From an uncultured bacterium (lineage in GTDB: Bacteria; Abyssobacteria; SURF-5), in the NCBI GenBank assembly GCA_964607485.1, contig CAZSKP010000003.1, positions 64,001 through 128,000 of the forward strand: a stretch of DNA of 64,000 bases. Direction: 5' to 3'. Numbering within the stretch: position 1 is the first letter of the stretch; every line of letters begins with the position of its first letter. Positions 38,291 to 48,353 of the stretch are shown piece by piece. A program made the position numbers and the translations under genes. The notes beneath the pieces are model-generated. The model was not told where the DNA came from. It searched no databases and saw only the letters and a program-made list of their open reading frames with translations.

Positions 38291-40288
38291 TTGGCTTACC
38301 GCGACTATCAAGAATACCTATCTCGCAAAGACAGCCAATCATTCCAGATATTAGCGGGTTTGGGCTCGATTCTTTCGGGCGTCTTGATTGCGGGAGCGGT
38401 CATCTATTTGCTGCCGCGGAATCTGTCTTCGTTGGAAAAGGCCCGAGAACTGGGCATCATCAGTCGGTCCGTCGTTGACGGGTATCCGAAGGCATCGGAA
38501 ATTCAATATTATGTCCTCGGCGTAATCGTTTCCCTCCTGAGCGGCCTTTCCATATTTCTGGGGATTACGTATTCTCACTACAAGAAGAGGAGCCTGGAGC
38601 GTACCGCCAAGGAGAGCCTTTTCGTTTATGACGGGGAGATGCCAAAACCTCGAATGGGACTGCTTCGCTGGGGAGCCCTGGTCGTGGTATTGTTCCTTGC
38701 CACTTTCCATACGGATTTCATATACAAGAATTGGTACTGGTCGGACTGGGGATTTTTCTTCGAAGAAGGCATCTATTTGCGCTGGATCAATGACCTGTTG
38801 AAGGGGAGAATTCTATACAAGGACATCTACTTCTACGGCGGTCCCTTCATGCTCTGGCCCCAGTATTGGCTGATGAAGCTGTGCGGGCCTTCCATTGCCA
38901 TCAACAGGTACTATGTCTATTTCTGCTACCTCGTCGGCTATTTAATCGTGTTCAAAGTCCTGCGCGAAACGATAAGAAACAGGATAGTGCTGTCGGTCGG
39001 CGTGGTGCTGATCGTGTATTTCTACTATCCCATGTTCCCGGGCTTCCATCGCTCGCTGGGGCGATTCGCCTTCGCGCTGCTTCCGCTCTATTTTCTGTAC
39101 AAATACTTCTTTCGGAAGGGCCGTTTGTACCTGCTCATATCGGGCGTATGCTCCGGACTCGCTCTTCTTTTCAGCCAGGAGCTGGGCATAAGCGCGCTGA
39201 TCGCGGCGCTGGCGATGCTGGCCGCTTTTGACTATCGGGAGGGAGAGACGATAAAGAACCTGGTGCGTCAGTTTTCTCTTATCGGCGCCGGAATTTTCGT
39301 CGCTCTGCTTCCCGTATTGGGCTATTTTGCGTTACACCGCGCTCTGGGCGACCTTTACGAGACGGTGATTGCCGGCACCAGATACTATACGCTGGGAATT
39401 TGGGGATACAGTTTTCCGAGTCTTTTCCAGCTCATCAAGAATCCGGCGGCGAGCAGGTACGACGTCGTCGAAACGTTGCTCGCTTATTGGCCGATACTAT
39501 TCTATGTCTGCAGTGTCTTTTTCTTCCTGGCCTTGTTTCTCAGGAAATCATTCAGCAACAGACACATCTTATACTTCGGTATCGCTGCGTTGGGTGGGAT
39601 GATTTTCCAGCGGGCTCTCGGCATATACTATCTCTTCCAGATAGGTACCCTCATCTATCCGCTGGTGATTCTGAGCGTCGCATACCTGGATATGGCCTGG
39701 CCGAGAGTGCGCACGCTGTTTGAGAATGGAAGCGTGACCGGGCGAACGATTGAGACGAGTTTCTACGTCGTGGCTCTCGTATTCATAACATCCGGCCTGT
39801 ACGGCTACTCACAGGCGCGCGCCTTCTACCCCGCGGCGCGCCCTCTTGTTTACCTGACCCACCTGAAAAGAAGCAGCGAAGGATTTGTGCCCCTGGACCT
39901 CCCCCGGGCCCGAAACATCTACGTACCGCCGAAAGAGGCGGACGAAATCAGATGTGTCGTCGATTATATCAAGGAAAAGACGACGCCCGAAGAGCCGGTT
40001 TATGTGTTTCCCTTTTCACCGACGTATTACTTCTTGGCCGATCGCGTGAGTCCCGTCAAGTATCCGGTCGCCCACACCACTACGAGGAAATATCGTGAAG
40101 AGACAATAGAGAAACTGGAAGAGGAGAAAGTCCGCTACGTGATTTACATCATGCAGGGACCTTCTCTGGGATTGACCCCTGAAATGCGCTATCCGGAGAT
40201 TACCGACTACATATTCAGAGAATATGCGCCCGAAAAGAGATGCGGTCGCGCAATCATCTCACGGCGCAAGAAACGCTCCGAGCCCTAA
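38291..40288 (+). CDS. polytopic membrane glycosyltransferase (GT-C fold)
   Basis: FEEG.YL....L.G.ILYKD....GP, FSQELG, many TM, C-terminal YI...T.P.EPVYVFP....YYFLADR. Confidence 0.72.
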   Translation: MAYRDYQEYLSRKDSQSFQILAGLGSILSGVLIAGAVIYLLPRNLSSLEKARELGIISRSVVDGYPKASEIQYYVLGVIVSLLSGLSIFLGITYSHYKKRSLERTAKESLFVYDGEMPKPRMGLLRWGALVVVLFLATFHTDFIYKNWYWSDWGFFFEEGIYLRWINDLLKGRILYKDIYFYGGPFMLWPQYWLMKLCGPSIAINRYYVYFCYLVGYLIVFKVLRETIRNRIVLSVGVVLIVYFYYPMFPGFHRSLGRFAFALLPLYFLYKYFFRKGRLYLLISGVCSGLALLFSQELGISALIAALAMLAAFDYREGETIKNLVRQFSLIGAGIFVALLPVLGYFALHRALGDLYETVIAGTRYYTLGIWGYSFPSLFQLIKNPAASRYDVVETLLAYWPILFYVCSVFFFLALFLRKSFSNRHILYFGIAALGGMIFQRALGIYYLFQIGTLIYPLVILSVAYLDMAWPRVRTLFENGSVTGRTIETSFYVVALVFITSGLYGYSQARAFYPAARPLVYLTHLKRSSEGFVPLDLPRARNIYVPPKEADEIRCVVDYIKEKTTPEEPVYVFPFSPTYYFLADRVSPVKYPVAHTTTRKYREETIEKLEEEKVRYVIYIMQGPSLGLTPEMRYPEITDYIFREYAPEKRCGRAIISRRKKRSEP

Positions 40289-40301
40289 TGCTTCGCATAT
40301 C

Positions 40302-42086
40302 TCACCTATAGAACTGGAACAGGTATATGCCGCCCCGTTGAGTCTCTCTTACGGGCTCGTGCTCCCTGATGAACAACATCAGCGGCTCTCTTTGCGCTTC
40401 GTCAATATCTTCAAAGTGGACCACCAGGTACTTAATCCGGCTTTCTCTGAAAAACCGGCTGTCTATCCCGATAATGGACCTCCGGGCCGCAGGGGTGAGG
40501 GGAAGGAAAGTATCGGGGGAATCTGCGAACCGGTAGAACGGGCTGTCCATTATCAGTTGCGTCGTCTTTGACTTGGACCTGGGGAAAATGCCCGTGTGTG
40601 TGGCGACTGTGACGAGCTTTCTCTCATGGAACGTCTGGTAATAGAGCACGCTCCGGCTGAGAGGAATCGAAGACACAAGGGGCCACTCGAGCACACCGTA
40701 TTCGGAGTCGTCGCCGAGCAGTTCGGCGTATATGTCGGGAACAGACGGCCGGGTAAGACGTATCGGGAGCTTGAGCCCCTCGACAAAGATGAGCGACGTG
40801 ATTACGAATGGAACAGGGAAGAGCCAGCGCCACTTTCTTGCGGGTATTCTCGCCCAGTAAACATCCATGGCCGTTCCCACGATGACGGCCAGCGCCATCA
40901 GCAGCGGAACGACGAAAATCATCGGATAGCGAAACATCCTGAAGAATGGCGCAATAATTACGAACCATGCAAACGGCATCGGGAGATTAACGATGGGCGT
41001 GCCATTCCATGTCATGTACAAGCCGAACGACAATAACAGGGACGACAAGGCGAGAATCAACCAAAATATATTTCTTTTCTTATTGACAAGCACGACGGAG
41101 ATTGCCACGGACAACAGCAACGAATACGTCAGGAACAGTTCGCCCCAGAACTCCGCCTGACTGGTCTTTCGTAGCAAAAAGCCGATGGACTTGAAAAGCG
41201 TGTGGTCGGCCGACGGAAGGAGATAGTTGGCGAGGTCGGCGCCAATGTAAAAAGGGAATCTCTCAACGGCCACTTCCCTATTAGCGAGGTCGCCGACGAT
41301 TCCCGCCAAGAGAGGCAGAGAAAGCGCTCCGAAGACCGCGCAGGCCACGGCGAAATGCTTCAGCAGTTTCCCGTCGATGGAGATACGCTTCTTGATAACG
41401 TGAAAGCCGAACGCCGGGATAAGGATGATAACCATAATAAAAAAATAGACGAATGAGTTGTAAAGCAGAACGCTCATCAGACAGGCGATCGCTATCAGGT
41501 GCCGCAATTTTCGGCTTTCGAGCCACCTGTAGCAGAAGAACAGGACCAACGGAAGGAACTCCATGCACAGGTTATGGAAACGAGGCACCATGGAGAGATG
41601 AGCCGCACTGAAAGAGAAGATGACTCCTCCGCAAAAAGCGGCCTTCCTGCTCGTCCGAAGCTGCCGCATCAACAGGTACTGAAAGAATCCGGCCGCGGTG
41701 AAAGACCAGAGAACCAGCAAGTTGTATGAAGGGATCAGCTTCAACTTGCCAAAGCTGAGCGCGCTCATGAACAATGCCATCAGGTTGTAGACGAATGAGA
41801 ACGTGTGAAAGGCCAGATTGGTGCCGAAAGGATAATAGATATAGTCCGTGAAGAACGGGTTCCTGTGAGCCAGCAGAGCGGTCTTGGTCCACCAGATGTT
41901 CCACACGAAAATGAACTGGTCGTTGATGCCGGTATTGTCGATGGGAAGCATCGTGTTCATGCGGACAATCAGAGGGTACGTGTACACGGCCGACAGGAGC
42001 AGATAGGCCAAGAGGACGATGAGATTGCGCAGAGGCGGGCTCAGTTTTCCGCTTGTACCGTGAACCGTGGATTCCGAAGGCGTCAT
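40302..42086 (-). CDS. polytopic membrane protein, GT-C/YfhO-like
   Basis: YTYPL, D...FVWNIWW, FFT.YIYYP.G..LAFH, FR.P..F, LEWP, YYQTFH.RKLV; ATG at 42086. Confidence 0.72.
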   Translation of the reverse strand: MTPSESTVHGTSGKLSPPLRNLIVLLAYLLLSAVYTYPLIVRMNTMLPIDNTGINDQFIFVWNIWWTKTALLAHRNPFFTDYIYYPFGTNLAFHTFSFVYNLMALFMSALSFGKLKLIPSYNLLVLWSFTAAGFFQYLLMRQLRTSRKAAFCGGVIFSFSAAHLSMVPRFHNLCMEFLPLVLFFCYRWLESRKLRHLIAIACLMSVLLYNSFVYFFIMVIILIPAFGFHVIKKRISIDGKLLKHFAVACAVFGALSLPLLAGIVGDLANREVAVERFPFYIGADLANYLLPSADHTLFKSIGFLLRKTSQAEFWGELFLTYSLLLSVAISVVLVNKKRNIFWLILALSSLLLSFGLYMTWNGTPIVNLPMPFAWFVIIAPFFRMFRYPMIFVVPLLMALAVIVGTAMDVYWARIPARKWRWLFPVPFVITSLIFVEGLKLPIRLTRPSVPDIYAELLGDDSEYGVLEWPLVSSIPLSRSVLYYQTFHERKLVTVATHTGIFPRSKSKTTQLIMDSPFYRFADSPDTFLPLTPAARRSIIGIDSRFFRESRIKYLVVHFEDIDEAQREPLMLFIREHEPVRETQRGGIYLFQFYR

Positions 42087-42114
42087 AATTTGGTTGCGGT
42101 CCGATGATCGGGTG

Positions 42115-43092
42115 TCACGCGTCGGCGATTCGGTCGAGCAAGAACTGTTCGAAACGGTTCGGGTCAATATACAGGGCGACGTCCGCGTTCGGCTCCGCCG
42201 TCCTGCCGCGCGCGAACGGACGCAGGTCGGCAACGCTCATGCCCGTTGTCAATTTCCCGTCGGTCTCAATCTCGACATGCACGCGTCTTGTGCCCGCGAA
42301 ACCGCCGTCGATGGCGACCATCACCGCCAGGGGGTCGTGCAGACAGCAGCCATGATACCCTTCCCTCTCCCTGTAGAAGTTCATGACGTGCTCCGTCGAG
42401 TCCCTCAGGAACCGGTTGAGCTTCGTCCGCTTCTCCGTCGCGCTCAGAAGCGAGTGGCGGCTGAGGCGGGCGCTGCGAGTGACGTCGAGGCCCACTAACG
42501 TGATGGGGATGCCGGAGGATACGACCTCGCGCGCGGCTTCGGGGTCGCAGAAAAAATTGAACTCGGCGGCGGGAGTCACGTTGCCCGGAACCGAATAGGC
42601 GCCGCCCATCGTGACAATCTTCCTGATGCGCCGCGCCAACCCGGGGTCGAGCGTCAGGGCGAGCGCGACATTCGTGAGCGGCCCCAGCGTGACGACGGTC
42701 AGCTCGCCCGAATGCCGGTGGGCGAGTTCGCATATGAGCTCGGGCGCATACTTCTTAACAGGACGCAGGCGGGGGGACGGATATTTCCTCTTCCCGCGCC
42801 GGTCCTTGATGAACGATATCTCTCCCAATCCGTCGCGTCCGTGGATGGAAACGCTTGGAAAGGGTTCCCTCCAAATGGGCCGGTCGGCACCCTGCGCGAC
42901 GGGCGGGGCGTTCGGCATGCCCAGGATCTCCAGTACCTGGAGCGCGTTCCGGGTGCATTGGCCGACACCCGTGTTGCCGTTGACGGTCGTGATCGCTTCG
43001 ACCCGGAGCTCGGGCGACCGAAGCGCGAGGATCAAGGCGAGCGCGTCGTCTACCCCCGGGTCGGTGTCGATTATTATCCGCTCCTGTGACAT
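42115..43092 (-). CDS. nucleoside hydrolase (IUNH family)
   Basis: IIDTDPGVDD, HG.DGLG, LGPLTN, MGGA, GNVTPAAEFN..DPEAA, LHDP. Confidence 0.93.
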   Translation of the reverse strand: MSQERIIIDTDPGVDDALALILALRSPELRVEAITTVNGNTGVGQCTRNALQVLEILGMPNAPPVAQGADRPIWREPFPSVSIHGRDGLGEISFIKDRRGKRKYPSPRLRPVKKYAPELICELAHRHSGELTVVTLGPLTNVALALTLDPGLARRIRKIVTMGGAYSVPGNVTPAAEFNFFCDPEAAREVVSSGIPITLVGLDVTRSARLSRHSLLSATEKRTKLNRFLRDSTEHVMNFYREREGYHGCCLHDPLAVMVAIDGGFAGTRRVHVEIETDGKLTTGMSVADLRPFARGRTAEPNADVALYIDPNRFEQFLLDRIADA

Positions 43093-43138
43093 ATTCCTGG
43101 CTTATGAAAGCCGACGGCGTTCCCCCAACCGGAAGTTC

Positions 43139-44125
43139 CTAACTCGGAATCGGCCAGTCTTTTCGTTCGAGAATCTCCCTGATGATGTACTTCGGAAGGT
43201 GCCGCGAGGCAATGAAGGAGCGAACGGTGAACTCACCTATCATGCATAGTATCGCCACGAGGACGAATGAGGAAATCACGATCGCGTTGAGCAACAGGCC
43301 GGTTGAGACCTTGCCGAGAATCTTGAACGGCGTAAAATAGTCCACGACCACCCTGACCCCAAAGAGGAACGCAAAGACGAAACTGATAAACGCCAGTATC
43401 TGAAAGGGGCGTTCCGTCATGATGACGATATTATCCATGTTGTATTTCCAGAGTTTCCTGAACGTGTAGCCGGATTTTCCGTATTTCCGTGGATAGTGTG
43501 TGACCGGGACTTCCCGACATCGCCCCGCTTTGGAGATAGCGTCGATATTGCTGAAAACGTGAAACGGCCCCGGCTCCAAAGCTCGGACCAGCTTTGCATT
43601 GAATAGTTTGAAGGTGCATCCGAAATCCCGAAACGTGCTCTGCGACGCCTTTCGCATAATCATGTTGGCGATTCTTGACGGAATGATTCTGAGCAGGGAA
43701 TCCTCCCGCTTTTCCCTGTAGCCGCTGACGACATCGAAGCCCCTGTCGTATTCTTGCGCGAGCAGCGGAATTTCCTCGGGAGCCAGTTGCAGGTCGCTGT
43801 CCATGAACATGAAGGCGTTGCCGCGGGCCTGACACATGGCGGCCGTCACGGCGGCCTGTTGGCCGGCGTTCTTGAAAAAATCTATGACGGCGCTCACCTT
43901 CGGGTCACGCTGGAATATCTTCTTGAGCTTCTCGAAGGTCTTGTCGGTGCTGCCGTCGTTCACCATGATGATCTCGTACGAGCGTCCCAGGGATTCCATT
44001 GTGGCGGAAAGACGCGAGTAGAACTCTTCTATGCTTTGCTCCTCGTAGTGACAAGTTACGAGCACGGAGAACTCCGGAGCTTGATCATCGTCCTGAGCCC
44101 GATGCATCGCTGGCTTGTCCGGCAT
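43139..44125 (-). CDS. GT2 polyprenyl-phosphate glycosyltransferase (ArnC/GtrB/CsbB-like)
   Basis: VNDGSTD, NAGQ.AA, MDSDLQ..PE.IP, DVVSGYR..RED, DFGC.FK, two C-terminal TM helices then GE. Confidence 0.88.
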   Translation of the reverse strand: MPDKPAMHRAQDDDQAPEFSVLVTCHYEEQSIEEFYSRLSATMESLGRSYEIIMVNDGSTDKTFEKLKKIFQRDPKVSAVIDFFKNAGQQAAVTAAMCQARGNAFMFMDSDLQLAPEEIPLLAQEYDRGFDVVSGYREKREDSLLRIIPSRIANMIMRKASQSTFRDFGCTFKLFNAKLVRALEPGPFHVFSNIDAISKAGRCREVPVTHYPRKYGKSGYTFRKLWKYNMDNIVIMTERPFQILAFISFVFAFLFGVRVVVDYFTPFKILGKVSTGLLLNAIVISSFVLVAILCMIGEFTVRSFIASRHLPKYIIREILERKDWPIPS

Positions 44126-44147
44126 CTTTCGGTTCCTATAAAATCAA

Positions 44148-45167
44148 TCAGTCGTTATCGCGAGGTGTATGCGCCACGACCATCCTGTAAAGCGACAGCC
44201 CGCAGTCACGCCAAGAAGGACTCGTATAGCCCGCCGACTGCATGAGCGCCGCATACTCCTGAACACTGCGGCGCCGTCCCCCGAAAAGTGTGATCATCAG
44301 AGAGGTCAGTACGGAGCTTGGGTCGTGCTTCAGCGTGTCATCATTCATGGGTTCCACTATGAGCGCAGTGCCGGGCCTTCGCAGACAAGAGCGAGCCTTC
44401 GTTACCAAGTTCGAAACCTCTTCGTCGTTCCAATCATGCAAGACGCGCACAAAAAGTATGGCGTCGGCCGCATTCGCCGGCAGTTCGTCGCGGAAAAAAT
44501 CCACCGGCAGAAGCTTGATTCTTGCCCCGAGCCCGGCCTCATCGATGCGGGCACGGGCTCCTTCGCATACGGCGGGAAGATCCGCAATGGTGATTCGCAA
44601 ATGGGGATATTTCTTGGCCAGAGTGATCGCCAGGCGAGCGTGTCCGCCGCCGAAGTCGATGATACGCTCGTGCGCTCCGAAGTCGTAGTGCTCCACGATG
44701 GCTTGGCTCAACTGCGCCTGAGAAGCATCCATCACGGATGAATAGTCGTCCACCGCGGAAGCTTGCAGTTGTTTCGGCTCGGAAGACTTCTTATAGATCC
44801 AGTATGCGGAAAGCACCGAGTCCTGATACCGGCCAGTCCTCAGCAATCCAGTCAAGTCACAGAGCGAGTCATAGAATTGCTGCATTTCCCTGTTCCAGCT
44901 TCTTATACTCTGATACGTGGGCAGGATCGAACGGCTCAGGTCTGATAATTCAAGCTTTCCGTCCTGTTCCCGAAGCATGTGGAACGCGACCAGCACGTCA
45001 AGGACAGCATCGGAGATAAGCGTGTCTTCCATCGCTGTTCTCTTCTTCAGTTCGGCACGGCTGAGAGGTGCCTGCTCCAGTTGCCTGAAAAGGTCGAGCT
45101 CGATTGCCGCCATCAGAACTCGAGCCAGGGCGAACGCTTTTACGGAATTCAGGAAGTCCGTCAACAT
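44148..45167 (-). CDS. SAM-dependent O-methyltransferase (Methyltransf_2; CrtF-like)
   Basis: dimerisation domain AIELDLF; YW.Y...YS.VM.ASQ; DFGGG, DLPAV, DFF.D.LP..ADAI.FVRVLHDW, IVEPM. Confidence 0.85.
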   Translation of the reverse strand: MLTDFLNSVKAFALARVLMAAIELDLFRQLEQAPLSRAELKKRTAMEDTLISDAVLDVLVAFHMLREQDGKLELSDLSRSILPTYQSIRSWNREMQQFYDSLCDLTGLLRTGRYQDSVLSAYWIYKKSSEPKQLQASAVDDYSSVMDASQAQLSQAIVEHYDFGAHERIIDFGGGHARLAITLAKKYPHLRITIADLPAVCEGARARIDEAGLGARIKLLPVDFFRDELPANAADAILFVRVLHDWNDEEVSNLVTKARSCLRRPGTALIVEPMNDDTLKHDPSSVLTSLMITLFGGRRRSVQEYAALMQSAGYTSPSWRDCGLSLYRMVVAHTPRDND

Positions 45168-45303
45168 CTCCGTTTTCTCCTTTCGGTTGTGCCGACTGGT
45201 TTTCGGCCGCCTCGCGGCGAGCTCAAGATATAGAGCCGACGTGAACGGTTCACGCCTCCAACCTTGCAGGAGAAGGCCAACGAACTCACGTCCATTTGCT
45301 CGG

Positions 45304-45876
45304 TCATGAGCCTCCTAACAGTTTTTTCTCTAATTCAATTATCCTCTCGGATCTTCTCTTGCCTATCGGCCTTGCCGGATTACCCCCGCAAATCGTCCAG
45401 GGCTCAATCTTCCCCCGCACGAAAGACAGGGCACCGATCGCCGCGCCGATTCCAATCGTCGTTTTCGGCATGATTATCGATCCCGCGCCGACAATTACGT
45501 GCTTCTCCAATTTTACGGGTCCTTTATCGAATTTGACTTTGAATTTGTCCGGGATGGTAGTATTTGTCAATGAAGAGCCAAAAACGTAATCATCGGAAAA
45601 CGTGTACACCGAGACCCTGGCGGATAAACCGGCGAAGTCGCCTATCGAAATCTTCTCCTGTTCACCGTACAGCGCGCAGTAGGCGGCAATGTGGACGTAC
45701 GAACCAAGCTGAATGTCGCCGCTCAGTATGCAAAAATCGTCGATCCGAACATTGTCCCCGACGGTCAGTCTCTCGGGCGAATAGATGGATGCTTTCCTAC
45801 TTATGAGTACATTTTTGCCGTATTTTCTTATTCCCGATTCAGCAAGTTCGGCTTCTTCAAGAAATGATGTTTTCAC
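45304..45876 (-). CDS. left-handed beta-helix acyltransferase, VioB-like (dTDP-4-amino-4,6-dideoxyglucose N-acyltransferase)
   Basis: GKNVLISRKASIY, NVRIDDFCILSG.I.LG.YVHIAAY, SDDY.G.SLTN.TIP, GA.SFV, GNPA. Confidence 0.8.
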   Translation of the reverse strand: MKTSFLEEAELAESGIRKYGKNVLISRKASIYSPERLTVGDNVRIDDFCILSGDIQLGSYVHIAAYCALYGEQEKISIGDFAGLSARVSVYTFSDDYVFGSSLTNTTIPDKFKVKFDKGPVKLEKHVIVGAGSIIMPKTTIGIGAAIGALSFVRGKIEPWTICGGNPARPIGKRRSERIIELEKKLLGGS

Positions 45877-45921
45877 AGCACGCTCCCAAGCAATCCCGGA
45901 TCGTATCCCGTTCTCGCAAAG

Positions 45922-47193
45922 TCAAGGCTTGAACATGACCCAACGAACCAGTTCACTGATGACAAGTTTGCCATCCCAAGGTGATTCAAAAGCGTTCATA
46001 AACCCTGGCCGGACACAGCGCGCCACTCCACGTGTTGTCGCTTCCTCGGCAAACGATTCGGCGTCCTCCAAAACGCCAAAAGCGATTCCCGCTGTCTGGA
46101 TTCTCGGGCCGAGCAAAGGGAGGATTTCTCTCCACGAAGCGATCTCGGTCAAGAACACGGTGCGAGATTGAACCGCTTCTTTAAGCGAGACTTCCCGGTC
46201 CATACAAACGGTCCAATTTGCCTCAGGTCCTGAAACGATGACATCCCGCCCAGCATCTAAGGCCCACTCGCTACGCGCATTCATGATGCCAACGGTGGTA
46301 TAAGGGTCGAGGCCGGGTTTAGGCGGCAGGTGGGCGAGGTGTGTCGCAAAGAGCTCACCAACCTGCCGCAACGACAGTCTCGAGTTTCTCTCCACAAAGA
46401 TCGTTTGCGGAGAGGAACAGGCTCGTTGGTCAAATGCAGCGATGTCTCTCACAAATTTCATTATCAGCTGTTCCAGGCCTTCGGGGCTTTCGAGCTGCGT
46501 CCGATCGATGAGACCAATGGAATATTTGGGGCCGAAGACAATCTCCGTGCAGTGTTCCTGATGTGGCAATACGGATATGGCTCTCACTGCCTGAGAGCCG
46601 CCCCACACCATTCTTGTATCTGCGGCCATGGACATCGTCTCGTTCAGGTCATGCTCTGCATAATCGAACCATACGACTGCTATGTTTCTTATCAGGTCCT
46701 TCCCCTCGAGCCCGTCAGCACTCGATTGAGCCAATAACGTCAGCAGAGCATCCAGCCCTCTTGGGTCGGGATAAGCCAGCTTCACGAGGCAGGCATTCTT
46801 TGCTAACAACGCGGGAACAATTGAGAACAAAGGCAACGTGGGAACATTGCCGGCCATCCACATCGATACCAGCCCTCGGGGTTTCGCAGCGATCTTCGCA
46901 GCTCCGACCGATATGAAACCGTCGAGACATTCCAACGATTCCCCCACGTTCAGCCGCAGCACTTTTTCCAGATTAGAAGAGCGTAGCCATGCTGATAGGA
47001 ATGCCACACCCTCAATATCTTGTGTCTTACGGTCGCGGATGATCCTGTGGGAAAAATTGTCCAGTAAAGCAAGAATGGCTTGAACCGGAACGCGCGCGAG
47101 TATTTCACGCTGCCGGTTCAGGTCCTCGATCAGTGGTTCGAGGAAGTCGAACTGTTGGGGCTGGCCGGTCGGAAGATATCGCAAGCCTCTCAT
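45922..47193 (-). CDS. luxC: acyl-CoA reductase, LuxC family
   Basis: PRGLV..W.AGNVP, L.KNA.LVK, WGG.QAV, FGPKYS, FDQRACSSPQ catalytic Cys, WDG..VI.ELVRW. Confidence 0.88.
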   Translation of the reverse strand: MRGLRYLPTGQPQQFDFLEPLIEDLNRQREILARVPVQAILALLDNFSHRIIRDRKTQDIEGVAFLSAWLRSSNLEKVLRLNVGESLECLDGFISVGAAKIAAKPRGLVSMWMAGNVPTLPLFSIVPALLAKNACLVKLAYPDPRGLDALLTLLAQSSADGLEGKDLIRNIAVVWFDYAEHDLNETMSMAADTRMVWGGSQAVRAISVLPHQEHCTEIVFGPKYSIGLIDRTQLESPEGLEQLIMKFVRDIAAFDQRACSSPQTIFVERNSRLSLRQVGELFATHLAHLPPKPGLDPYTTVGIMNARSEWALDAGRDVIVSGPEANWTVCMDREVSLKEAVQSRTVFLTEIASWREILPLLGPRIQTAGIAFGVLEDAESFAEEATTRGVARCVRPGFMNAFESPWDGKLVISELVRWVMFKP

Positions 47194-48344
47194 TCCCGTT
47201 CCCCGTGAGCGAACGTATCCCCGCAGCCGCGAATTTCCGACTGTTCAATACGGCTTGTGAATCGGAAGTAGAGACCCTTCCGGCCACAAGGGCAATCATC
47301 CACCCCGATCAGCTGCCCCTTATCATCTGTCATTATTGCCTGGGCGGGATAACTTGTGGGAAGAATGCTAAGGATTTCAATAATCCCCTCTTCTCCCCGT
47401 CCAACGGGGACGAGGGTATGGGGAGCACGCAGGATAACATCGGCATAGGCTGGGGCGTGTTTGTTGCCCGCCTCACAATCCAAGAAAATTGTCCCGACTT
47501 GTTCGACCGTGCCGTAGAAGTCAACTATGGAATTGGGGGGGCATCCCAGAATGGCTGCCGTTCTTTCTGAGAAGGTCTCTTTCGAGACTCTTTGCTCCTT
47601 CAGTCGTTTCCACCCTCCTGAATGGAGGAGCCTTGCGCCGGGAGCGTTAAAGGAAAGGCCGAGCTTTTCCGCTTCGAGCACAAAGCGAGTCCATACAATG
47701 TACGTGAACCCAAAAAGCAAGATCGAACGATCCTGATGCTTATTGAGAAATTCAGCCACTCTATCGAAGTCCGGCACAAGAAGCCCGTTATCCAATTGGT
47801 CCATGGCAAATTCCGTCACTGAGGCAAAATTTCCGAGACCTCGAATGGCGGCGCCCCGAGCGGTCATTTCTTCGCCTTTCCCTATTGCCTTTTCCGCGTC
47901 CAAGACAAGATAGGGCCGACGTGTGCCCCCGATGTGTTCTTTCAGAACCGAAGTAAGCGCTCGGGCCTGGCGGAAAGCAGTCGATTTGTCAATAAATATT
48001 CGGCTGGGCATTTGCCCTGTCGTCGATGAAGAATGGAGTTCTCTAACAATAGACTCAGGAGTTACCGCCCGCAGTTCGAACCGCTTGAACATGGCTACCG
48101 GCAAGGGGGGGATATCATTGAGTGATTGCCATTCTGTCACTGGCTTGCCGATTCGACAAAGGAATCTGGAATACGCTTCGCAGTTGTTGGCCATCAATTG
48201 GCATTCCGCCTGGAGTATCGGAAGCAATCCGGTACTCTTTTCCTGCTGAGGTGTGCAATATTGGGGTCCCTTCAGCAAGCATTCCACTCGCTCTGCAAGT
48301 CGGCGCTCATCCAGCAATGCGTTTTCACATGAGAGATTCTGCAT
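47190..48344 (-). CDS. luxE: acyl-protein synthetase, LuxE family
   Basis: IPPLPV.MFK, SSSTTG..PSRI, FGFTYIVW, HSGGWK, FYG.VEQ.G, LPTSYP, TDD.G, E.RGCGD. Confidence 0.9.
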   Translation of the reverse strand: MQNLSCENALLDERRLAERVECLLKGPQYCTPQQEKSTGLLPILQAECQLMANNCEAYSRFLCRIGKPVTEWQSLNDIPPLPVAMFKRFELRAVTPESIVRELHSSSTTGQMPSRIFIDKSTAFRQARALTSVLKEHIGGTRRPYLVLDAEKAIGKGEEMTARGAAIRGLGNFASVTEFAMDQLDNGLLVPDFDRVAEFLNKHQDRSILLFGFTYIVWTRFVLEAEKLGLSFNAPGARLLHSGGWKRLKEQRVSKETFSERTAAILGCPPNSIVDFYGTVEQVGTIFLDCEAGNKHAPAYADVILRAPHTLVPVGRGEEGIIEILSILPTSYPAQAIMTDDKGQLIGVDDCPCGRKGLYFRFTSRIEQSEIRGCGDTFAHGERE

Positions 48345-48353
48345 GTCGAAGAT

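Noticed and set aside
45922-48344. Bioluminescence operon
   Set aside because: No luxA, luxB, luxD or luxG in the window; context is sugar acylation
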